A DNA stretch of 51,680 nt from Planctomycetota bacterium (GTDB lineage: Bacteria; Planctomycetota; UBA1135; GCA-002686595). The position numbers and the translations under genes are program-made. The notes under the pieces were generated by a model, which had not been told where the DNA came from, did no database searches, and was given only the letters and a program-made list of their open reading frames with translations. Positions 44,585-51,680 of the stretch are shown piece after piece. Position 1 is the first letter of the stretch. Each line of letters opens with the position of its first letter. Location of the stretch: contig JBIKLM010000001.1 in NCBI GenBank assembly GCA_044359835.1, forward strand, positions 1 through 51,680, in the 5' to 3' direction.

Positions 44585-45322
44585 ATGCACTCCGGCGGGC
44601 GGCCTCCCCATGCGGACGGAGACGAGCGAGGTCCCCTCGCCGGCGCCGTCTCCGGGCCCGCGAATGCGCTCCCCCAGGACCTGGCCACGGCCTCGGCCCA
44701 GCGCCAGCTCAGCCAGCTGCTCGAGCCCGGCCGCGTGCTCGGCCGCCTCGACGCGGACTGGCTGCGGCGCGCGCTCAGCGAGGCCGGCAGCAGCCGCACC
44801 TTCTGCGAGCGGCACCTCGAGGATCCGATCCTCGAGCTGTTGCCCCGCGCCGCCGTGCAGCTAGCAGAATCCGCGCTGCTGATCGATCCCGAGCGTTTGG
44901 CGGAGCGCCTGATCGCGCTGCTCGCGGTGCGCGGTCGCTTCTGGCCCGCGGGGCAGTCGGTCGAAGCGCTGCTGCGCCGCTGCCTCGACGACGGCATCGA
45001 TCAGATCCTGCACGAAGACATGCTCGACGAAGCCCAGCACCTGCCGCCCGAGCCGGGTTTCGAAACCGACCACGCCCTGGCCGGCGAGCTGTTCGGCGTG
45101 CCCGAGCCGTTCCAGCGTTTGGTGCTGCTGCGCTTCAACCGTTTGCCTGCGGGGCAGCGCCGCACGCTTTTCGATTGGGTCGCCCGTGGGACGGAACCGG
45201 CCGGAACCGTTCCTGGGAAGGCCGGGACCAAGGGCCGGAATTCGGAGCTCCGGTTGACGCTGGACGCCGCCCGGGCCATTCTCTCCGAGGTCCTCGCCCT
45301 GCCGAGGGGAGGTGCGCGATGA
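44585..45322 (+). CDS. module 2 gene A: paralog of 38853..39551 (sigma region-4-like C-terminal segment)
   Basis: I chose the ATG at 44585 by comparison with the paralog. The ORF is open from TTG 44498. The end ...EVLALPRGGAR overlaps the next start (ATGA), exactly as in module 1. Confidence 0.65.
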   Translation: MHSGGRPPHADGDERGPLAGAVSGPANALPQDLATASAQRQLSQLLEPGRVLGRLDADWLRRALSEAGSSRTFCERHLEDPILELLPRAAVQLAESALLIDPERLAERLIALLAVRGRFWPAGQSVEALLRRCLDDGIDQILHEDMLDEAQHLPPEPGFETDHALAGELFGVPEPFQRLVLLRFNRLPAGQRRTLFDWVARGTEPAGTVPGKAGTKGRNSELRLTLDAARAILSEVLALPRGGAR

Positions 45323-46233
45323 GCCGCAACCGTTGGATCAGCCCGGCCCTCCAGGGCCTGCTCGACGAGCTCGCCAGCAGCCCGTCTTCGGTGCTGTTCG
45401 GCCGCGGCGCGGCCCTGGCGCCGGGGGCCCAAACCAAGCTGGCCAGCGCCCACCGCGCGCCCGAGCGCTGGAGCGGCCGCGAAACGGGTCTGCTGGCCAT
45501 CGAGCGCGAGCTGCTGCGCGCCCACCGCGAAGAGGTCGGCCATCTGGTGCGCCAGGTGTCCTTCGCCCTCACGCGGCGCCTGCCGGGCCTGGTCGAACGC
45601 CTCGACCCCCAGCTCGACCGCGCCGCCCAAGCCCGCGCCCTGCCCCGCGAGACCCTGCAGCAGACCCAGCGCGAACTCGCCCGCCTGGACCCCGACCAAC
45701 CCCGCAGCGTCGCCCGCCTGGCCCAAGCCGTCCAGCTCGACCTGCAAGACCCCCGCGACGCCATCGCACTCCTGCGCCAAGCCCAACGCATCGCGCCGCA
45801 CGCGAGTACACTGCAGCATACCGCCTTTTGGAACGGTCAACTGGGCAATCTTCAAGACTGCCTAGGCGCGGCGATCCAGGCGATCTCCTTCTGTTCAGCT
45901 GGCCCTGAATTCGTCGCCGCTCAGATCTCTGCGGGTTTCGCCTCATTCGAGCTGGGCGCCTTCTCAAGAGCGGCTGAGCACTATTCCAGAGCTCACTCGG
46001 TCGACGGATCGGTGCATTTGTTGGCAACCAGCTGGCTATGCAGCCTCTTGTCTTCGTCGCCGAGCGCGGAGTTCCTTGCTCGAGATCTGCTGCAAGAGTT
46101 GGCTCGGAACAGCGAGGTAGTCGCCTGGCTCCGAAGCTATTCAGCGAGCGAGTGTCTAGGGCTTATCGGTCGGTCAGCCACTGACCCCGAATCACTGAAA
46201 GTCCACCGGATGCTTCAGGAGGCGGTCACATGA
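45319..46233 (+). CDS. module 2 gene B: paralog of 39548..40450 (helical/TPR-like)
   Basis: ATG preceded by GGGGAGG. The N-terminal 190 aa are collinear with B1. The C-terminal third is divergent and encoded by markedly lower-G+C DNA. Confidence 0.7.
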   Translation: MSRNRWISPALQGLLDELASSPSSVLFGRGAALAPGAQTKLASAHRAPERWSGRETGLLAIERELLRAHREEVGHLVRQVSFALTRRLPGLVERLDPQLDRAAQARALPRETLQQTQRELARLDPDQPRSVARLAQAVQLDLQDPRDAIALLRQAQRIAPHASTLQHTAFWNGQLGNLQDCLGAAIQAISFCSAGPEFVAAQISAGFASFELGAFSRAAEHYSRAHSVDGSVHLLATSWLCSLLSSSPSAEFLARDLLQELARNSEVVAWLRSYSASECLGLIGRSATDPESLKVHRMLQEAVT

Positions 46234-46472
46234 ATCCTCCCCGGAGCTTCCGGCGCTCGTTGCTTCTGCTTGAGGTCGCTTTGGCCGGCAGCTTGTTCTA
46301 TCCGACTCCTGTTGAGTGCCAGGCCACCAACGGCATTGCACCGCCGCTGGCTGCGCAGGCGCCGGAACTCGACCGTGGGGATCGTTTGGGTCGGGCCGCC
46401 GGTCAGTCGGGCGGCGGGGGGGCTTCGCCGGTGGTCGGCTCGGGCGGAGGTCTGCCGAACGGACGGGGTTGA
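46230..46472 (+). CDS. module 2 gene C: 80-aa exported Gly-rich protein
   Basis: ATGA overlap with gene B2. MNPPRSFRRSLLLLEVALAGSLFYP is a hydrophobic N-terminus. The Gly-rich tail reads GQSGGGGASPVVGSGGGLPNGRG. Its length is identical to C1 (80 aa). Confidence 0.5.
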   Translation: MNPPRSFRRSLLLLEVALAGSLFYPTPVECQATNGIAPPLAAQAPELDRGDRLGRAAGQSGGGGASPVVGSGGGLPNGRG

Positions 46473-46588
46473 TCGGGCGCGAAGGGCCGCCCAGGGTCTG
46501 GCGGTTTGCCTTGGATTGGTCGATCGGAGGGGCGTGTAAGCGGCGCTTCCGCCTGCTTTGACCTCGGGCTGGTTAGCCTGAGGCTCTG

Positions 46589-48550
46589 ATGGCTCGATCG
46601 GCCGAGAGTCGGAACCCTCTCCTCCCTTGGCTGCTGCTCGTGGGCTTGGCGGGGGCGGGGGCTTGGCTTGGGATTGGGAGGGGGTCCGGGAAGGGCGCTG
46701 CCGCGGATCTCGGGGGCGTAGCGGCGCCTGAAGACGGGGCAGAGGGGCGCGCGGCGCCGGGAGCGCCGGAGCTGGACGGGTCCCTCGAGCCCGCCGCGTT
46801 GTTGGAGGGCCGCGTGGTGCACGACGGACGGCCGGCGGAACACTTCCGGATCCACGCGGCCGACCGCCGGAGCGGGCTTTGGCGCGCGTGGAGCTTTGGG
46901 CCGCAGGCCCAAGGCCGATTCCGCATCGAAGGGGCCAGCGCCGGCGAGGTCTGGCTGCACGCGGAGGTGCCCGGGGCCGGGTTCTCGGCGCGGGTTCAAG
47001 CGCTGCTGCCCGCGGACGAGCCGCTGGTCCTGGAGGTCGGCCCGGGCGTGCGCGGCCGCGGGCGGGTGGTCGATCTCGAAAGCGGCCGGCCCGTGGCCGG
47101 CGCGCGCATCGATTGGCTGCTCGGCCGGCTCGACCTGCCGATCGCGCGCGGCGAGAGCGGCGTGCGCAGCGACGCCGAGGGCCGCTTCGAGATCGGCGGG
47201 CTGCATCCCGATTCGGTCGGCCTGGCGATCAGCGCGCCGGGCTATCGCGAGGGCGAGCTCCTGGCGCCGCCCGGCGACGGGCCTGTGCGCGAGCTGGGGC
47301 TGGCGCGCCTCGAACGGAGCGCGCCCCTGGCGCTGCGTCTGCTGGGCGCCGCCGAGTCCGAGGGCTTCCGCCTGGCCGCCGGTTTTCAGGTCGGCGGCGG
47401 TGGACAGGCCTTCGACCGGGGAGGGCAACTCGACCTGCCGCTCGAGCGCGAGACCCGTTTCGTGACCCTGCGCTGGCCCCAGGGTTTCGAGGACACCTAC
47501 TTCGTGGAGCCCGGCGAGCAGAGCCTGGTGCTCGAAGTCGAGCCGCAGCGCGCCATCGAGCTGCGCGCGCTCGGCGCCGTGCCGCAGGACCCGGGGCCGG
47601 CCTTGGGCGTGCTGCTCAAGTGGATCGACCGTCGCGGGCGGTCGGTGCGTCGCTGGGCGAGCATCGAGGCCTCGGGCGAGCCCTTGCGCCTGCCGGGCAT
47701 CCTGGCGGAGCGGGTCGACGCGGAATGGACCCACGGGCGCGCGCCGGGGCGGTCCCTGAGCAGCTTCGAGCTGGGCCGCGAACCGCTCGCGCGCCTCGAC
47801 CTGCCGCTCGGCGGCGGCGGCTGGCTCGTGCGCATCGTGGACGCCTCCGGCCAGCCGCTGGCCGGGATCGAAGCCGTGTTGTACCAGCGCCTGGGCGGCG
47901 CCGTGCGGCGCGGTTTCGACGCCGGGCCCAGCGACCTCGCGGGCCTGCTCGAACTGCCGCGGCCCTTGGCGGGCCAGGCCTTCCTGACGCTGCTCGACGG
48001 GCGCGGCGGCGTGTTGCCCGAGCGGCTCCTGCGCGACGGGGATTTCGGGCTCGAGCCGCCCGAGCTGCGTTTCGCGCCGACGGGGCGGGTCGAGCTCGAC
48101 TTTCGCCTGCTCGGCCAGCCCCTCGCGGAGGTCACCGTCCGCTGGGAGTGCGCCGCGGGCAACGTGCTGCTGGCGCCCTGCTGGAGCGACGCGGGCGGGC
48201 GGCTCCTGCGCCAGGGCCTGGGCCCGGGCCGCTATCTGCTCCTCTTCGAGCACCCGCGGCTCTGGCCGTCGCGGCTCGAATTCGAGCTCGACGGGCAGCA
48301 CACCGGGGCGCTGGAGCTGACCGGCGCCGTCCCCCTGGACCTGCCCGTGGCCGAGCGTTTGCCCGGCCTCGACCCCCAAGCCCCCCTCGCGCTCGAGCTG
48401 CTCGAACCGCTCCCCGAAACGACCCTGCTGGCCTGGCCGCCCGCCGCCCTGGCCCTCGACGCGGACGGGCACCTGCGCCTGCCGCGCGCCCCGACCGGCC
48501 GGCTGCGCCTGCGCGCCGGCGCCGAGAGCTTCGAATTCGAGCACCGCTGA
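46589..48550 (+). CDS. module 2 gene D: 653-aa membrane-anchored protein with carboxypeptidase-regulatory-like repeats
   Basis: MARSAESRNPLLPWLLLVGLAGAGAWLGIG is the anchor. Units include LEGRVVHDGRPAEHFRI...GRFRIEG and GRGRVVDLESGRPVAGARIDWL...SDAEGRFEIGGLHPDSVGLAISAPGYRE. Confidence 0.75.
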   Translation: MARSAESRNPLLPWLLLVGLAGAGAWLGIGRGSGKGAAADLGGVAAPEDGAEGRAAPGAPELDGSLEPAALLEGRVVHDGRPAEHFRIHAADRRSGLWRAWSFGPQAQGRFRIEGASAGEVWLHAEVPGAGFSARVQALLPADEPLVLEVGPGVRGRGRVVDLESGRPVAGARIDWLLGRLDLPIARGESGVRSDAEGRFEIGGLHPDSVGLAISAPGYREGELLAPPGDGPVRELGLARLERSAPLALRLLGAAESEGFRLAAGFQVGGGGQAFDRGGQLDLPLERETRFVTLRWPQGFEDTYFVEPGEQSLVLEVEPQRAIELRALGAVPQDPGPALGVLLKWIDRRGRSVRRWASIEASGEPLRLPGILAERVDAEWTHGRAPGRSLSSFELGREPLARLDLPLGGGGWLVRIVDASGQPLAGIEAVLYQRLGGAVRRGFDAGPSDLAGLLELPRPLAGQAFLTLLDGRGGVLPERLLRDGDFGLEPPELRFAPTGRVELDFRLLGQPLAEVTVRWECAAGNVLLAPCWSDAGGRLLRQGLGPGRYLLLFEHPRLWPSRLEFELDGQHTGALELTGAVPLDLPVAERLPGLDPQAPLALELLEPLPETTLLAWPPAALALDADGHLRLPRAPTGRLRLRAGAESFEFEHR

Positions 48551-48622
48551 CGCACCTCGGCCGGCCTGTTTCCCCCGTCGGGGGGGCTCCCGCGGCCGGC
48601 CGCGCTCTGGGATGATCCGGGC

Positions 48623-51055
48623 ATGAGTTTCCTCCGTCGAATCCAGCTCGCGGCCGCCCTGCTGCTTCTGATCTGCCCGCTGATCGCTGCCCAACAAGCG
48701 GGCTATCGCCTGCCCTCGCAAGCGATCGTCGATGTGCTCGACGCGCCGCCGACCCCCAGCGTGGATTTCGCGCCGAACGGCCAGCGCTTCCTGCGCATCC
48801 AGCGCCCGGCCATGCCGTCGATCGCCGAGGTGGCCGCGCCCTGGGAGGGGCTGGCGGGTCTGCGGATCGTGCCGGAGCTGCGCTCGCGGCGCCTGCTCGG
48901 GCTGCCCACGCGCATCGAGGTGCAGGACGTCGCCGGCGGCCCGGCGCGGGCCCTGGCGCTGCCCGAGGGAGCGCGCGTGGCCTCCTGGGCCTGGTCGCCG
49001 GACAGCCGGAACATCGCGCTGCTGCTGGTGGGCGAACAGGGCCTTGGCCTGTGGCTGGCGGATCCCGCCAGCGGCGGCCTGCGCCCGATCCAGGGCGGCC
49101 TCAACGCCGTGCTCGGCCGGCCCTTCGGCTTCATCGGATCCGGCGAGGGCCTGTGGATGCTGCTGATCGATCCGGCCGTGGAGGCGCCCGAACAGAGCGC
49201 CGTGCCCAGCGGGCCCGCGGTGCAGGAAACCGCCGGCACCAGCGCGCCCCTGCGCACCTACCAGGATCTGCTCGATGGCCCCGAGGCCGAGGCGCGCTTC
49301 GGATTCCTCGCCACCAGCCGCTTGGCCATTGTGGACCTTGCCGAGGGCCAGCCGCGCCTGGTCGGCGAAGCGGCGTTGATCCGCAGCGTCGAGGCTTCGC
49401 CGGACGGCTCGCTGTTCCTGGTCCAGACGGTCGAGCGGCCGTTCAGTTATGTGCTGCCCCTGGAGAGCTTCCCCACGCGCTACGCGGTCTGGGACCGCGC
49501 GGGCCGCGAGGTCCAGCGCGTGGTCGATCGGCCCCTCGGCGATCGCATCCCGATGGAGGGCGTGCCGCTGGGCCCGCGCAACGTGACCTGGCACCCGGCC
49601 GAGCCGGCCACGCTGGTCTGGACCGAGGCCCAGGACGGCGGCGATCCGGCGCGGCCCGCCGAGCTGCGCGACATCTGGTACGCCCGCGCCGCTCCGTTCC
49701 AGGAGCCGGCGCGCGAGCTGGCGCGCCTGGCCCAACGCGCCTCCGGCCTGGCGGCGCTCTCGGAGTCCGGTCGGCTGCTGGTCAGCGAATACGACCGCGA
49801 TCGGCGCTGGACGCGCACCTGGCTGCTCGACCCGCGCCAGAGCGAGGTGGCCCCGCGCCTGATCGAGGACCGCAGCAACAACGACCGCTATGGCGACCCG
49901 GGCACGCCGCTCAGCGAGCCGAACAGCCGCGGGCAGAGCGTGGTGCGCGAGCGCGGCGGGCGCATCCTGCGCTCCGGGCCGGGCCATAGCCCGGCGGGCC
50001 CGCGGCCGTTCCTGGCGCGCGAGGACCTGGCCAGCGGCGAGCGCGAGATCCTCTGGCGCAGCGCGGAAGGCCGCTACGAGAGCGTCGCGGCCCTGCTGGA
50101 CGAGCAACTGACCGGGGCCGCGCTGGTCTTCGCCAGCGAAAGCGCCACGGAGCCCACCAACTACTTCGCCTGGAGCACCGGCCAGGAGCCGCGGCCGCTG
50201 ACGGACTTCGCCGATCCGACGCCCCAGCTGCGCCAGATCCGCCAGGAGCTCCTGACCTATCAGCGCGCCGACGGCGTGCCGCTCTCCGGCACGCTCTACC
50301 TGCCCGCGGACTACCAGGAGGGCACCAAGCTGCCGCTGTTCATCTGGGCCTATCCGCTCGAATACAACGACAGCAAGACCGCCGGCCAGGTCACCAACAC
50401 GACCACGCGCAGCCTGCGCCTGCGCGGCGCGACCCACCTGGCCCTGCTGCTGGCCGGTTACGCGGTGCTCGACAACGCCACCATGCCGATCGTCGGCGAT
50501 CCCGAAACGATGAACGAGACCTTCATCGAGCAGATCGTCGCCGCCGCCCAGGCCGCCATCGACGCTTGCGTCGCCCGCGGCGTCTGCGCGCCCGAGCACG
50601 TGGTCGTCGGCGGCCACAGCTACGGCGCCTTCATGACCGCCAACCTCTTGGCCCACAGCGACCTGTTCCGGGCCGGCATCGCGCGCAGCGGGGCCTACAA
50701 CCGCTCGCTGACGCCTTTCGGCTTCCAGAGCGAACGCCGCACCCTCTGGCAAGCGCCGCAGACCTACATCGAACTCTCGCCCTTCTTCGCCGCCGACCGC
50801 ATCGACGAGCCGCTGCTGATGATCCACGGCGAGATGGACAGCAACCCGGGCACCTTCCCGACCCAATCCGAACGCCTCTACGCCGCCGTCAAAGGCAACG
50901 GCGGCACCGCCCGCCTGGTCATGCTGCCCGCCGAAGACCACGGCTACCAAGCCCGTGAATCCTGCCTCCACGCCATTGCCGAAATGGTCGACTGGTGCGA
51001 ACGCTTCGTCCGCCCCACCCCCCCAACCCCCACCGAAGCCGCCGCCCCGCGCTGA
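48623..51055 (+). CDS. S9 family serine peptidase (prolyl oligopeptidase / glutamyl endopeptidase-like) with an N-terminal beta-propeller
   Basis: Signal peptide MSFLRRIQLAAALLLLICPLIAAQQ. Nucleophile elbow VVGGHSYGAFMTANL. IHGEMDSNPG (Asp) and PAEDHGY (His) lie in the C-terminal alpha/beta domain. Confidence 0.85.
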   Translation: MSFLRRIQLAAALLLLICPLIAAQQAGYRLPSQAIVDVLDAPPTPSVDFAPNGQRFLRIQRPAMPSIAEVAAPWEGLAGLRIVPELRSRRLLGLPTRIEVQDVAGGPARALALPEGARVASWAWSPDSRNIALLLVGEQGLGLWLADPASGGLRPIQGGLNAVLGRPFGFIGSGEGLWMLLIDPAVEAPEQSAVPSGPAVQETAGTSAPLRTYQDLLDGPEAEARFGFLATSRLAIVDLAEGQPRLVGEAALIRSVEASPDGSLFLVQTVERPFSYVLPLESFPTRYAVWDRAGREVQRVVDRPLGDRIPMEGVPLGPRNVTWHPAEPATLVWTEAQDGGDPARPAELRDIWYARAAPFQEPARELARLAQRASGLAALSESGRLLVSEYDRDRRWTRTWLLDPRQSEVAPRLIEDRSNNDRYGDPGTPLSEPNSRGQSVVRERGGRILRSGPGHSPAGPRPFLAREDLASGEREILWRSAEGRYESVAALLDEQLTGAALVFASESATEPTNYFAWSTGQEPRPLTDFADPTPQLRQIRQELLTYQRADGVPLSGTLYLPADYQEGTKLPLFIWAYPLEYNDSKTAGQVTNTTTRSLRLRGATHLALLLAGYAVLDNATMPIVGDPETMNETFIEQIVAAAQAAIDACVARGVCAPEHVVVGGHSYGAFMTANLLAHSDLFRAGIARSGAYNRSLTPFGFQSERRTLWQAPQTYIELSPFFAADRIDEPLLMIHGEMDSNPGTFPTQSERLYAAVKGNGGTARLVMLPAEDHGYQARESCLHAIAEMVDWCERFVRPTPPTPTEAAAPR

Positions 51056-51586
51056 TGCGCGGAGGATCAGGCCCTTCGACCTCCCGGCAAGCCCCGGCCC
51101 GCCGCTCGGCCTCCCGGACTGACCCACGCTCCCGCGTCGTCAGCGCGACGGATCGCGACGGACCTTATGGCTCGACCCTCGGGACGGCCCCGGGGGACCG
51201 CGGATCGGTTTCCCCGGAGAGCCGCTGCAGGGCGACGAACGTGCGGGTTCCTGGGAGGAAGCGCCCAGGGTGGGCGACCGCGCTGCCCTGGCGTTGCGCG
51301 GAAGCATCCCGCGACGGCCCGGCGGTCGGGGCTCCCTGCGGGGCAAACACCGACTCGTAGCGCTCTGCGATCCCTAGGCGAACCGGCGGGCGTCGGATCG
51401 GCGAGCGCAGGGGTCGGTGTTCGCGGAGCCTTGAGGGGATCGCAGGAGCAGGATCGGATTCGTTGGCGCAATCTTTCGGGGCGCTTCCCGAATCAGGGGG
51501 GTCTCGGGTTTCGGGGCTCGTTCGGGGGCCTCGGGGCGCGCAGACTGCGTTTTCGGGGGCGCTTCGGCCCCGCCGGCCTCCCCCCC

Positions 51587-51680
51587 ATGATCCTCGAGCT
51601 CGATTCGGTGCGGAAGTCCTATGGGCGCTTCGAGGCCTTGGCGGGCCTCAGCGTGTCGGTGGCTCCGGGGGCGGTCGGGT
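51587..51680 (+). CDS. ABC transporter ATP-binding protein, N-terminal fragment (continues beyond the window)
   Basis: MILELDSVRKSYGRFEALAGLSVSVAPGAVG is the canonical start of ABC ATPases, immediately before the Walker A motif. Confidence 0.6.
   Translation, partial: MILELDSVRKSYGRFEALAGLSVSVAPGAVG

Noticed and set aside
46403-51127. 1574-aa minus-strand ORF, the longest in the window
   Set aside because: It is entirely antisense to gene D2 and the S9 peptidase, both of which have clear family motifs. Its translation is Arg/Gly/Ala/Pro low-complexity, typical of stop-poor off-frames in >70% G+C DNA.
51346-51421. 9-bp inverted repeat (AACACCGAC ... GTCGGTGTT) with a 58-nt spacer upstream of the ABC gene
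   Set aside because: Arms of this length with such a long spacer are expected many times by chance in 52 kb of biased-composition DNA.
1-51680. Search for CRISPR arrays, rRNA, tRNA, IS elements, integrases or transposases
   Set aside because: I found no regularly spaced short direct repeats, no conserved rRNA/tRNA/RNase P/tmRNA sequence blocks, and no DDE transposase or tyrosine or serine recombinase motifs in any credible ORF.

Overview
This is a 51.7-kb, very G+C-rich bacterial chromosomal segment; my hand counts of typical 60-nt lines give about 70-83% G+C. It comes from a diderm organism, since LptD-like, KdsC and TatA genes are present. I can support about 38 protein-coding genes. I found no rRNA, tRNA, CRISPR array or intact mobile element.

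Recognisable content, left to right:
- cobS 3' end, an alpha/beta hydrolase, a secreted beta-helix protein, a TMEM175/DUF1211 channel-like protein, a GspE-N-domain protein and tatA
- a minus-strand envelope operon: kdsC, a 971-aa LptC/LptA-like giant, then an lptD-like gene
- a sulfur-detoxification trio: a persulfide dioxygenase-rhodanese fusion, a TauE/SafE exporter and a rhodanese-DUF2892 protein
- a translationally coupled EEP-phosphoesterase/cardiolipin-synthase pair
- two tandem paralogous giant beta-sandwich-repeat exported proteins, one split by an in-frame TAG
- an orphan arsD-arsA pair and a beta-lactamase-fold protein with degenerate catalytic motifs
- a GT39-like membrane glycosyltransferase and a small accessory islet
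- a DUF4382 lipoprotein and a DUF1801 protein with a basic tail
- an S9 peptidase and the 5' end of an ABC ATPase

The most interesting part is 38.85-48.55 kb. It holds a tandemly duplicated four-gene module with tightly coupled start and stop codons. Each module encodes a sigma-region-4-like cytoplasmic protein, a helical-repeat protein, an 80-aa exported protein and a giant carboxypeptidase-regulatory-like repeat protein. I cannot assign this module to any characterised system.

Module 1 is bracketed by two copies of a roughly 100-135-nt structured repeat. This repeat occurs at least three times in the window (a fourth, degenerate copy is possible), and each copy starts at the stop codon of a plus-strand gene.

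Limits: start codons are inferred by eye from the ORF track, paralog alignment and SD-like motifs. All family assignments rest on motif recognition, not on searches. The many long overlapping or antisense ORFs are treated as high-GC artefacts.
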